Under the pieces are notes generated by a model. It saw only the letters and a list, made by a program, of their open reading frames with translations. It had not been told where the DNA came from and did no database searches. From contig JACPDA010000004.1 of NCBI GenBank assembly GCA_016184225.1, positions 409,671 through 473,670 of the forward strand: a stretch of DNA of 64,000 nucleotides. Direction: 5' to 3'. This DNA comes from Candidatus Daviesbacteria bacterium (GTDB lineage Bacteria; Patescibacteriota; Microgenomatia; Daviesbacterales; UBA10151). Numbering within the stretch: position 1 is the first letter of the stretch; each line of letters begins with the position of its first letter. The position numbers and the translations under genes were made by a program. Shown piece by piece: positions 28,304 to 37,572 of this stretch.

Positions 28304-28983
28304 GCTATTAATTCCTGGTAAAACAACTTTAACTGGTCCAGGCCTGTTTTAAGTGAGGGAAATGTGCTTTTCCCATAGACCCTTTTTCCTTCTTTAGTCG
28401 GGAATTCCGTTATTTTAACACCGGTCTTTAATGCCCTGATTATCTGTTGATAGTCTGATGCATTCGGGGGCGGGATTTTTATCCTTAATTTTTCATAAGC
28501 CTTCCGTGCGAAAGCGCGGTAACCCTGCGTAGGATCTGTGCATTTGTTGCCTCCTCTTCCCCATACAATAGTTGCGATAAGTCCCATTCCCTGACAAAAC
28601 CACTTACGCGGCTTCAAGAGCTGGTCATCCTCTTCATTATATCCATCTTTTCCCATTCTTCCGGCAATGATGAATTCAAACCCCTCTTTAAGCAGCTTAA
28701 CAAATTTTTTAAGATCATAAGGTTCCATATTTCCGTCCGGGTGAAAAAATATTAAGGTATCTTCTTTTGTGTTTCTCCAGGCAGATTCGTATGCTCCGCC
28801 CACCCCTTTATATTTTTGCGGGAAGACCTCTATACCTTTACTTTTCCAAAATTCCTGAGTTCCGTCTGAAGAATTTGCATCAATGACATATATCTTATCC
28901 ACTAAATTTTTAGGGATCCTGCCGAATATTTTTTCCGAATTTCTCCGCTCGTTCTTGGTAAAGATTATCAGTGCAATTTTCAT
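28300..28983 (-). CDS. GT2 glycosyltransferase (DPM1-like, short form).
   Basis: MKIALIIFTKNE...VIDANSSDGT...FFHPDGN GT2 motifs. ATGA overlap with the RGP-like gene. Confidence 0.75.
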   Translation of the reverse strand: MKIALIIFTKNERRNSEKIFGRIPKNLVDKIYVIDANSSDGTQEFWKSKGIEVFPQKYKGVGGAYESAWRNTKEDTLIFFHPDGNMEPYDLKKFVKLLKEGFEFIIAGRMGKDGYNEEDDQLLKPRKWFCQGMGLIATIVWGRGGNKCTDPTQGYRAFARKAYEKLRIKIPPPNASDYQQIIRALKTGVKITEFPTKEGKRVYGKSTFPSLKTGLDQLKLFYQELIA

Positions 28984-28991
28984 TCCATGAT

Positions 28992-29675
28992 TTATTGTTT
29001 TTTACTAAGAACCGCAAGACCATTATAGACAAGAAAAATTGAAAGAGAGTACTCCGGATGTGCATGTACAAAATCATTGCAAGCTTTCTGGATATGAGGA
29101 ATCCATTTAAGATCATCAACAATTATATGACTGGCATCCAATTTTGCCATTCCAATAAGGTCATTCATACATGCTTCGTATGAGTGATCTCCGTCAACAA
29201 CTCCTAATATGGTTTTACCATAGTATTTTTTCTTAATTGCATTACTGCGGTCTTCAAAAAACTTATCGCTTTTTTCCACTACAAACTCGAATCTGTTTTT
29301 GCCGTACAGTTTTTCTAAATATGCTATGCCTTGTTTCCAGTTGCCATAAGGAAAGGCGTCCACGGAAATTAATTTTCCGCTTTTCACTTTTGGCCACTCT
29401 GATTTAACGTAGGATAGAAACTTCGTGTCTCCACTCAAAATCCCTTCTTCAACTCTTTCTCCATCCATCAAAAAACCGTCTGTGAGAGCTTCGAGCAAAA
29501 ACAGCGCTGATTTTCCCCAAAGATGTCCTATCTGGATTATTAAACCTGGTTTATAGAACTTGACTAAAGAGTAAATCAGAAAAGCCACTTCATCAATTAC
29601 CCATCCGGTCCTGTCAGAAGCTTTTGTAATACTTTTAAGTTTTGCTAGATGCTTTTTGAATTGTAATATATTCAT
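28992..29675 (-). CDS. Putative class I SAM-dependent methyltransferase (TylF/CmcI-like, Methyltransf_24 type).
   Basis: GLIIQIGHLWGKSALFLLEAL (Rossmann-like) and ILGVVDGDHSYEA, reminiscent of the VDGDHSYE motif of macrocin/cephalosporin O-methyltransferase-like proteins. Confidence 0.45.
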   Translation of the reverse strand: MNILQFKKHLAKLKSITKASDRTGWVIDEVAFLIYSLVKFYKPGLIIQIGHLWGKSALFLLEALTDGFLMDGERVEEGILSGDTKFLSYVKSEWPKVKSGKLISVDAFPYGNWKQGIAYLEKLYGKNRFEFVVEKSDKFFEDRSNAIKKKYYGKTILGVVDGDHSYEACMNDLIGMAKLDASHIIVDDLKWIPHIQKACNDFVHAHPEYSLSIFLVYNGLAVLSKKQ

Positions 29676-29693
29676 TCGTGGTATTTTCCAATT

Positions 29694-29711
29694 CTCCGGC
29701 TAAAGCCGGAG
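29694..29711. promoter_or_regulatory. Perfect 7-bp inverted repeat CTCCGGC-TAAA-GCCGGAG in the divergent promoter region between 28992..29675 (-) and 29806..31695 (+).
   Basis: Read directly. It is GC-rich against an AT-rich background and lies 19 nt upstream of the minus-strand start codon. Confidence 0.35.
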
Positions 29712-29805
29712 TCACTATAAAGATTATCATACAAACCCTTAGAGTCAAGCTTTAATATTGATATCATTCTCGCATCCATGTTATTCTTTTTAAGAGAGAG
29801 CCGAC

Positions 29806-31695
29806 ATGAATAAAGTAGTTAACAAAAGATCTTTGTGGATATTTTTATTGTGTGCCGTAGTTGTGGTTTTGACCCAATTTTCAATTTTACGGCCGATTAT
29901 AGATTTTTCGCTATTTACAGAAGATGATTGGAATTGGCTTTTTTATTTTAGATCTTTGCCGGATCTCAATTTTTTGCAAAAATTATTTTTAACATGGACA
30001 AAAATTGGCATACATGAAGGCGGATATGCAATTTATATAGGCATATTGGGGATACTTTTCGGAAATCATTATTCCCTATATCAATATGTAAATATAGCTT
30101 TCAAAATAATCGCGACCCTCACCCTTTTCCCTTTAATTTTAATCCTTTTTAGAAACAGACTGCTGGCGTTGCTGACTACTGTAATCTACGGGATAAATTC
30201 AGCATCAACAGGTTCCTTTTATTGGTTTATGAAAGGTGGTATTTTCCCAGCGATAGCACTTATGAATTTATTTTTCATTACCTATTACTATACCATGATA
30301 AAAAAAACAAAAATTTTGTTAATGGTATCTTCAGTTTTGATAATTCTGTCTTATTTAAATTCCCCCACCAGAATATTTCCACTCTTTTTTATAATTTTCG
30401 GCGTTGAAACTTATTGGATAATTAAATATAAATCACCAACTACGGTTAAAAATTCTATCATCAGGCTTGTGTGTTTTTTACTGCCTTCAATATTAATTGC
30501 TATGATAGCGCCTGTATCCCCCAATGGAAGGGTTGTTGAAACGCCGGGCGTTTTGCTAAGTCAAATTCTGGCAGGAAATTGGTTTAATCTTCTTTCTCCG
30601 TTTGCAGGTATTGGATATTCTCTTTTGACTGTTGAGAATATGAGAATTTTTGGATTTATGGATTTTTCTACTTTTGCCAGTCTAAATAATTATTTATCCT
30701 ATCTTGCGAAAGGAAGCGTTTGGATTTTTCTATTATCTTTATTTTTTCTTTCACTCTTAATACCGAGAAAGCCTTTACGGTTTATTATCACAGCTTTTTG
30801 TATAAACTTTGTTTTGGATATCCTGATGTATTTTATAGCAAGCCACCACTTGACTATTGCCCCGGGGTTAGTTCAACAAATGGACCCATCCTTATTTTTT
30901 CTAACTAAGTATCCAACCCTGGTGGCGATTTTTATTCTGGTGGTGGCTTTGATGGCATTTTGGGAATGGTTAAAAGGAAAAAAAGATTACTTGTTGGTGG
31001 CGATAACCATTGGGCCGGTATTTTCATTAATATTTCTTTCTTTAATGTGGGTAACCATAGCTTATTTGCTGGACGGATATAACAGTATCCATTATTATTT
31101 TCAGATACCGGCAATTGGTATTTCACTTTTCTTTGCTGCTGTTTTGGTTTTATTTTATAAAAAGTTTAAGAAAAAGTATGCACGGATGTTAGTAGCAGTA
31201 ATGATTACCGGGATTATTATTGGTTTTTATCGATCGAGCAGTTTTGCAATTAACCGCGAGTTTTTAGGAATTTATCCCGAGAACGTAAGGATAAAAGACC
31301 AACAAATTTTACATGGTAAATTAATAAAGAAAATGGGGGAATTTAATAGAGCAGGTAATATTTTGGTATATTTTGAGCTTCCAAAAGATAATTTAAGCTT
31401 TAAATATTATAAGCGTGCGCTACTTTTGGATTCTATATCATTTGCCACGATGATAAAATGGCAGGTTAAAGGGGATGGATCGGGGTGTATAGGGAGCGTT
31501 AACGATATCAATATTTTAATTTCATCCTATCAACTTAAGGATGGTAAAGAGGGTTTTATAACCAGCGGTAGATGCAGGCAAGTAACAGAAAAGAATGTTT
31601 TTTACAACTTAGACGATCTTTATGCATATAAAGTGGAAAAAGGTGAATTTATAGATATTAAAGATAATTTATTAAAGGAATTAAAACTTCCGTGA
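29806..31695 (+). CDS. Family member 5 (subfamily X). Putative novel GT-C-like glycosyltransferase.
   Basis: IDFSLFTEDDWNWLFYF after TM1, about 13 TM helices, C-terminal ILVYFELPKDN...GSGCIGSVNDI...LYAYKVEKGEFIDIKDNLLKELK. Confidence 0.55.
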   Translation: MNKVVNKRSLWIFLLCAVVVVLTQFSILRPIIDFSLFTEDDWNWLFYFRSLPDLNFLQKLFLTWTKIGIHEGGYAIYIGILGILFGNHYSLYQYVNIAFKIIATLTLFPLILILFRNRLLALLTTVIYGINSASTGSFYWFMKGGIFPAIALMNLFFITYYYTMIKKTKILLMVSSVLIILSYLNSPTRIFPLFFIIFGVETYWIIKYKSPTTVKNSIIRLVCFLLPSILIAMIAPVSPNGRVVETPGVLLSQILAGNWFNLLSPFAGIGYSLLTVENMRIFGFMDFSTFASLNNYLSYLAKGSVWIFLLSLFFLSLLIPRKPLRFIITAFCINFVLDILMYFIASHHLTIAPGLVQQMDPSLFFLTKYPTLVAIFILVVALMAFWEWLKGKKDYLLVAITIGPVFSLIFLSLMWVTIAYLLDGYNSIHYYFQIPAIGISLFFAAVLVLFYKKFKKKYARMLVAVMITGIIIGFYRSSSFAINREFLGIYPENVRIKDQQILHGKLIKKMGEFNRAGNILVYFELPKDNLSFKYYKRALLLDSISFATMIKWQVKGDGSGCIGSVNDINILISSYQLKDGKEGFITSGRCRQVTEKNVFYNLDDLYAYKVEKGEFIDIKDNLLKELKLP

Positions 31696-32525
31696 ATGAA
31701 TCCAAGCTTGTATCTGTAATTATAACCACAAAGAATGAAGAGGCAGCCATTGGGCGGCTTATTGAATCAATAAAGAAACAAACCTACAAGAATTTGGAAG
31801 TTATTATGGTGGATAATTTTTCCGAAGATAAAACTGCAGAGATCGGAAAAAAATCAGGGATAAAGGTTTATTCCTTCGGTCCGGAAAGAAGCAGCCAGCG
31901 GAATTTTGGAGCAAAACATGCAACAGGTGATTACCTGCTTTTTGTAGATGCCGATATGGAACTTTGCCCGGCGGTATTACAGGAGTGTGTTGAAGTTTGT
32001 AAAAAGGGGAGGCAAGTTGGAGCAGTAATTATTCCAGAAAGGTCAATAGGTAACACATTTTGGGAAAAAGTTAAGGCATTTGAGCGGTCTTTTTATAATC
32101 TGGAAGGGGATAGCTTTACGGATGCAGCCAGATTTTTTACAAAAGAGGCATTTAATGCGACCGGGGGATATGATGAAAGGATTACGGGTCCTGAGGACTG
32201 GGATTTGCCTGAAAGCGTTAAAAACTTGGGGTTTAAAATCGGCAGGATAGTTTCAGTCATTTATCATTATGAAAGAATTAGTTCACCTTTAGCTTTGGCA
32301 CGTAAAAAATTTTATTACGCGCTTAAATCACACCGGTATTTAAATAAACAAAAAATTTCCGTATTCAGTCCGAAAACGATATATTTTTTAAGACCGGTGT
32401 TCTATAAACATTACGATAAAATCCTTTCCCATCCGGTTTTATCTTTAGGGATGATTATTATGTTGTTTCTGGAACTGGCCGGTGGCGGACTAGGTTATAT
32501 AACAGGAAGGATTAAGAAGTTTTGA
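31692..32525 (+). CDS. GT2 glycosyltransferase.
   Basis: LVSVIITTKNEE...VIMVDNFSEDKT...LLFVDADME. ATGA overlap with the upstream family member. Confidence 0.75.
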   Translation: MNESKLVSVIITTKNEEAAIGRLIESIKKQTYKNLEVIMVDNFSEDKTAEIGKKSGIKVYSFGPERSSQRNFGAKHATGDYLLFVDADMELCPAVLQECVEVCKKGRQVGAVIIPERSIGNTFWEKVKAFERSFYNLEGDSFTDAARFFTKEAFNATGGYDERITGPEDWDLPESVKNLGFKIGRIVSVIYHYERISSPLALARKKFYYALKSHRYLNKQKISVFSPKTIYFLRPVFYKHYDKILSHPVLSLGMIIMLFLELAGGGLGYITGRIKKF

Positions 32526-33652
32526 AAATTTTACAACTGACTGCACATTTTAGACCCAATATCGGAGGAGTGGAAACTCATCTTGATGATTTATGTAAAG
32601 CTTTAGCCGAAAAAGGTTTTAAAGTAACGGTACTGACATATCGGCCTTTGCAAACAAAAACTGGTTGGAAAATAATAGAGAGGGAGAAAAATATTGAGAT
32701 AATCAGGCTCCCTTGGATATCAAATTTGTTTTATAAACTGGTCAAATCCCCCTTTTTAGAGTTTCTTTACCTTCTCCCAGGCCTTTTTTTCTGGTCCCCA
32801 TTTGTCATACTGTTGAAAAAAATTGATGTGATTCATTCGCATGGTTTAGTAGCTGGGTTTGTTGGAGTATTTTGGGGAAAGATCTTTAATAAAAGAACTG
32901 TTGTATCTATACACAGTATTTATCATTTTCCTAAAAAAGGGCTGTACAGGGATTTTGTCGGTTGGATATTTAAAAATGCTGATTATTGTTTGGGATTATC
33001 GAAACAATCAGCAGAGGAAATTAGATCCCTAGGAATACCGGCAAAAAAGGTTGACAATTTTACTTACTGGATAGACTTACATAAGTTTAAAGTTCAAAAT
33101 TCAAAGTTAAAAATTAAAAAACAGTTAGGATGGGAATATAAATTTACAGTTTTGTTTGTTGGGAGATTGGTTGAAGGAAAGGGTGTAGAAGAACTTTTAG
33201 AGTCTGTTCGAAAATGGCATAGAGCAATAGATTTAAAAATTATTGGTGCAGGTCCTTTGGAAGACATGGTTAAAAAAGCTGCAGAAAAAAATAAAAATTT
33301 AGAATTTATCGGCACTATTGATCAGAATAGATTACCCCTGTATTACAGCGTAGCTGATTTATTGATTGTGCCTTCAACCTCTGAGGAGGGATTTGGCAGG
33401 GTTATCCTTGAAAGCCTTGCCTGTGGAACTCCCATACTGGGAGCAAAAAAAGGAGCTATACCTGAAGCAATGAATGAAACAGTCGGTAGGTTTCTAGAAG
33501 TCAGTCCTCTTAATATCAAAAATAAGGTAGAATATTTTTTTAACAATAAAAATATATTAAAAAAATTGTCACAAAATGCCAGAAAATTTGCTGAGAGGAG
33601 ATATTCGGAAAACAATGCAGAAAAAATTATTAATACATACAAAGCTGGATAA
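32522..33652 (+). CDS. GT4 (GT-B) glycosyltransferase.
   Basis: MKILQLTAHFRPNIGGVETH N-terminus and EEGFGRVILESLACGTPILGAKKGAIPE (EX7E). Confidence 0.75.
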   Translation: MKILQLTAHFRPNIGGVETHLDDLCKALAEKGFKVTVLTYRPLQTKTGWKIIEREKNIEIIRLPWISNLFYKLVKSPFLEFLYLLPGLFFWSPFVILLKKIDVIHSHGLVAGFVGVFWGKIFNKRTVVSIHSIYHFPKKGLYRDFVGWIFKNADYCLGLSKQSAEEIRSLGIPAKKVDNFTYWIDLHKFKVQNSKLKIKKQLGWEYKFTVLFVGRLVEGKGVEELLESVRKWHRAIDLKIIGAGPLEDMVKKAAEKNKNLEFIGTIDQNRLPLYYSVADLLIVPSTSEEGFGRVILESLACGTPILGAKKGAIPEAMNETVGRFLEVSPLNIKNKVEYFFNNKNILKKLSQNARKFAERRYSENNAEKIINTYKAG

Positions 33653-34457
33653 ATTACTCGCAAATGTCGGAGATATGGCTCTTAAGGCAAGAGCACTTAA
33701 TATTGTACATGGTTTTGATCTTTCGGAAGGAGACAGGATACTGGATGTCGGCTGCGGCAATGGATATTACTTGTATCTTCTTAATAATCTTGGAGTCAAA
33801 TTAACCTTGACAGGTATAGATCAGGATAAAAATGCATTGCAATCTGCAGAAGGTTTGATAGATAGGAAAAAAATCAAAATATTTAAAGGTGGTGCTACAA
33901 GACTCCCTTTTAAGAATTCTTCTTTTGATAAAGTTTTAATTTCTGAAGTGATTGAACACATTGAAGATGAAGAAAAAGCTTTATCAGAAATAAGAAGAGT
34001 TTTGAAACCAAACGGCCTTTTGATTTTGACTACGTGCAACATAGATTATCCTTTTTTTTGGGATCCTGTTAACTGGCTGTTACAGCGATTATTTAAAACC
34101 CATATTAAATCAGGCTTTTGGGCAGGAATCTGGAATCAGCATATCAGGTTATATAAACAGGACCGGCTGAAAAATCTTCTTATTAAGTGCAATTTTAAAG
34201 TTGAAGAAATAGAGCCGTTAACATTTTGGTGTATTCCTTTTAATCATTATTTTGTTAATTTTATGGCAAGGCTTTTTTATTCAAAGAAACTTCCTAAAAA
34301 TATATCTGCAGGGATAAATAAGTTTGGAACAGGACGGCAAACAACATTAACGAAAATTATTTTTTGTGTAGTTAATAAAATAGATTCACTTAATAATTTA
34401 TTCCCTCAAAAAACAGGTGTATCAATTTTTGTCAAGGCGATAAAAGTTTCAGCATAG
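33576..34457 (+). CDS. Class I SAM-dependent methyltransferase (Methyltransf_11 type).
   Basis: ILDVGCGNGYY (motif I), KVLISEVIEHIED, LKPNGLLILT. The true start is possibly an internal ATG at 33615 or 33675, since the listed ORF overlaps the upstream GT4 by 77 nt. Confidence 0.65.
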   Translation: MPENLLRGDIRKTMQKKLLIHTKLDKLLANVGDMALKARALNIVHGFDLSEGDRILDVGCGNGYYLYLLNNLGVKLTLTGIDQDKNALQSAEGLIDRKKIKIFKGGATRLPFKNSSFDKVLISEVIEHIEDEEKALSEIRRVLKPNGLLILTTCNIDYPFFWDPVNWLLQRLFKTHIKSGFWAGIWNQHIRLYKQDRLKNLLIKCNFKVEEIEPLTFWCIPFNHYFVNFMARLFYSKKLPKNISAGINKFGTGRQTTLTKIIFCVVNKIDSLNNLFPQKTGVSIFVKAIKVSA

Positions 34458-34466
34458 AGTGATTTT

Positions 34467-35948
34467 TTATATCAGTTTGGCTCTTTTTAACTCTTCGTCT
34501 AATCTGGCTGGATCATTTTCCCTAAAATGTATGGATCGGAGGCCATATCTGGCGCGGGCAGTAGTTGTATAGACAGGGTTATCATCTATAAACAAAACTG
34601 ATTGAGGATTAGGGTTACTGAGCCGTTTAAGCAGGATCTGAAAAGCAGGACTATTAGTTTCTATTTTTGCAGTATTTATTCTACTAGAGATAAGGATGTG
34701 ATCCGGGGGAATTTGGGGATATTCCTTTGCAATCCAGTTAAAGACTGTGGTAGCTACCGGGTGTATGCAATCTGACAGGACATAAAGTTGGATATTGGGG
34801 TTTTGGGCGAGTGATCGAACCAAATCCTGCATTCCATTTATCGGATTATAAATTTCAGGTTGTCTAAAAGGTGCCCTGGCCTGGTCAAGATTTTCCGGAT
34901 AAGGCTGCCCCATTTTGTCCCAAAACCTCCTTAAATATTCCTCCTCACTTATTTTGTTACCAAAAGCTTCTGGGTTTAAATCATTCATAGCCAAAATAAC
35001 ATCTTCATAAGCTTGGCTAAAAAAACTTGCCAAACCCTTGAATAAAGCAGAATCGGCGTCTTGGAAAAGAACACCTCCTGCATCAAATACAACAGTTTCA
35101 ACAGGAGGTCTTTTGAGAGTCTCATCGACTTTTGGATCCAAAGTTTCTTGAGCCTCATTAAGATTCCTTAAATACCTTTGATTGTTCTGGAGAGAAAATT
35201 CTTCAAATGCGTCTTTACATATCTCTTCTATTGTAATCCCGTATCTCATCCTTAAAAATTCTATTTCATCAAAAACTAAATCGATTGCCAGTTTTTGTTT
35301 GCCTTTTTCGGCTAATGCCCGAAGTCCAAATCTTTCCGAAGCAAAAATCCCCCCTGCGTATCTACGGAGTTGTGTTTCATTGTATCTTTTCTTTTGAGCA
35401 ATGGAAAAAGGAGCTCCATCGGGATTTAACTTACCTAGATTATCAGCAAGATCTAAAATGATTTGCGGCAAAGTTAGATCGTTAATACTTATTACTACTT
35501 TTCCTCTGCCTAAAATTTGGGGTATTGGAGGATGTTTAGCTTCCAGATTTTGTCTTACTCCGATATTTCTGTCAAAAAGTCGATTGACAACGTTTTTTCT
35601 AAAATACCGGTGCGGTATTACAAGAGAGCCAACATCGTCAAAAAACTGCAGGACTTCCGCTTCATAAGGATACAACTGATCCGATCCGACATTTTGGGCT
35701 ATGTGTCTTGCTATTATTGAACTGTAAACAATGTGTTCCCAATAACTTGGGAAGACTCTAAGGTGGGCATAAGGTGCTACTAATAATATTGCAAGTCTTG
35801 TCTTTACAACATCCTCGTCTGTAAAAGGTTTATCCTGAACCAATGCTGTAGCAGCCAAACTATCCTTTAAGATTTCTGTTATAACCGGCCCTCTGATTTT
35901 AACATCAGCTCTTTCGGTTTGCAGTATCGCGTTAGCAGTTCTTTCCAT
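34467..35948 (-). CDS. Two-domain hydrolase: N-terminal HD-like domain plus C-terminal HAD-superfamily hydrolase.
   Basis: C-terminal VVFDAGGVLF (HAD motif I) ... VLFIDDNP (motif IV-like). N-terminal H..H and FFDDVG are suggestive of an HD phosphohydrolase fold. The N-terminal assignment is weak. Confidence 0.45.
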   Translation of the reverse strand: MERTANAILQTERADVKIRGPVITEILKDSLAATALVQDKPFTDEDVVKTRLAILLVAPYAHLRVFPSYWEHIVYSSIIARHIAQNVGSDQLYPYEAEVLQFFDDVGSLVIPHRYFRKNVVNRLFDRNIGVRQNLEAKHPPIPQILGRGKVVISINDLTLPQIILDLADNLGKLNPDGAPFSIAQKKRYNETQLRRYAGGIFASERFGLRALAEKGKQKLAIDLVFDEIEFLRMRYGITIEEICKDAFEEFSLQNNQRYLRNLNEAQETLDPKVDETLKRPPVETVVFDAGGVLFQDADSALFKGLASFFSQAYEDVILAMNDLNPEAFGNKISEEEYLRRFWDKMGQPYPENLDQARAPFRQPEIYNPINGMQDLVRSLAQNPNIQLYVLSDCIHPVATTVFNWIAKEYPQIPPDHILISSRINTAKIETNSPAFQILLKRLSNPNPQSVLFIDDNPVYTTTARARYGLRSIHFRENDPARLDEELKRAKLI

Positions 35949-36010
35949 GTTATGGGATTTTAGCAGATTTATTTGACGAAAGCCAAACTTTAAGCTAAAC
36001 TCTTTGGCAA

Positions 36011-37021
36011 ATGATAAATTGTGGATTAATCGGTTATGGATACTGGGGACCGAATATTGCTAAATCTTTAAACAGGATTAAGGGTATTAATTTGGCGGTT
36101 ATTTGCGATAAGGATTTAGGTAGACGTAAAGAAGCTAAACTATTATATCCTCGCGCTGAAATTACCAACGGTGTTGATTTTTTATTTAATCACGCGAATT
36201 TGGATGTAATTATAATTGCAAGTCCTGCCAGCACTCATTATGAACTGGCTGTTAAAGGTTTAAAAGCAGGCAAACATCTTTTAGTAGAAAAACCACTAAC
36301 TTTAACTGTTAAGGAGGCTGAAGATTTAATTCGGATTAATGATAAAGCAAAAAGGGTAGTGATGGTGGGTCATACTTTTGAATATAACCCTGTAGTTTTG
36401 AAGATAAAAAAAATAACTAAGGAGGAAAATTTTGGCAAAATTTATTATATTTATTCAACCAGAGTGAATTTAGGACAGATCAGAGGGGATGTAAATGCGC
36501 TGTGGAATCTGGCACCTCATGATATTTCTATATTAAATTTTCTTTTGGACAAAAACCCCGAGCAAGTGATGGCAGCAGGCGCATCTTTTTTACAGAAAGA
36601 TATTGAAGATGTGGTTTTTATAATACTCCGCTATCCTAATAATGTTTTAGCAGAAATACATCTTAGTTGGTTGGATCCTGCTAAGGAAAGAAAGGTTACT
36701 GTGGTGGGTTCAAAAAAAATGCTGGTTTTTGATGACTTAGATAATGAGATGCCTCTTAAGATTTATGATAAAAGAGCGGATACAAACGAGATTGCAAAAG
36801 GTCTAGCTACAGAGTATAAGATTAAATTGCATTCTGGTGATATTTATGCTCCTCAGATTGAAAATAAGGAGCCTCTTTTAGAAGAACTAGATCACTTTTT
36901 TGATTGTATAAAATACAATAAAAAACCATTAACGGATTTAGAAAATGGTTTAAGAGTAGTTAAGGTTTTAGAAGCGTGTCAAAATTCTCTACAAAATAAT
37001 GGAAAATGGGTAAAAATCTAA
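36011..37021 (+). CDS. Gfo/Idh/MocA-family NAD-dependent sugar oxidoreductase (WbpB-like nucleotide-sugar 3-dehydrogenase).
   Basis: GLIGYGYWGPNIAKS Rossmann N-terminus, EKPLTLTVKEAEDL, characteristic C-terminal alpha/beta domain. Followed immediately by acetyltransferase and aminotransferase genes. Confidence 0.7.
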   Translation: MINCGLIGYGYWGPNIAKSLNRIKGINLAVICDKDLGRRKEAKLLYPRAEITNGVDFLFNHANLDVIIIASPASTHYELAVKGLKAGKHLLVEKPLTLTVKEAEDLIRINDKAKRVVMVGHTFEYNPVVLKIKKITKEENFGKIYYIYSTRVNLGQIRGDVNALWNLAPHDISILNFLLDKNPEQVMAAGASFLQKDIEDVVFIILRYPNNVLAEIHLSWLDPAKERKVTVVGSKKMLVFDDLDNEMPLKIYDKRADTNEIAKGLATEYKIKLHSGDIYAPQIENKEPLLEELDHFFDCIKYNKKPLTDLENGLRVVKVLEACQNSLQNNGKWVKI

Positions 37022-37572
37022 AAAATATAAAAACTGAAGAGTTTGTGGTTATAGAATCAGGTTCAACTTTTGGAGACGGTTGTTTAATCCGATCGCATAC
37101 AATTATTTACGGCGGAAATAAGATAGGCAATAATTTCCAAACCGGCCATGGAGTTCTGATAAGAGAGAATAATAAAATCGGGAATAATGTAAGCATAGGA
37201 AGTCATAGTGTTGTTGAGCATGATGTCGTAATAGAAGATCATTGCCGGATACATTCCAATGTCTTTATTCCTGAATCTTCAGTTTTAAAAAAAAATTGTT
37301 GGATTGGCCCTTGTGTAGTTTTGACAAATGCCAAATACCCAAGATCTAAAAACGTCAAGCAAAATTTAAAAGGGGTTATAGTATCTGAGAATGCTAAAAT
37401 AGGAGCAGGAGCTGTAATTTTACCCGGAGTTAAAATCGGCCAAAATGCTTTAGTCGGAGCAGGCAGTGTAGTTACAGAAGATGTTTTAGAAAATGTAGTT
37501 GTTGCGGGAAACCCGGCAAAAGTGATAAAAAATATTTCGGAAATAAAAGCTTATGAAGAAACAAATCTTTAA
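37006..37572 (+). CDS. Left-handed beta-helix (hexapeptide-repeat) N-acetyltransferase, WbpD/PglD-like.
   Basis: Repeated [LIV]G..xx[LIV] hexapeptide pattern (IGNNFQTGHGVLI, IGNNVSIGSHSVV, IGAGAVILPGVKIGQNALVGAGSVV). Confidence 0.7.
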   Translation: MGKNLKNIKTEEFVVIESGSTFGDGCLIRSHTIIYGGNKIGNNFQTGHGVLIRENNKIGNNVSIGSHSVVEHDVVIEDHCRIHSNVFIPESSVLKKNCWIGPCVVLTNAKYPRSKNVKQNLKGVIVSENAKIGAGAVILPGVKIGQNALVGAGSVVTEDVLENVVVAGNPAKVIKNISEIKAYEETNL

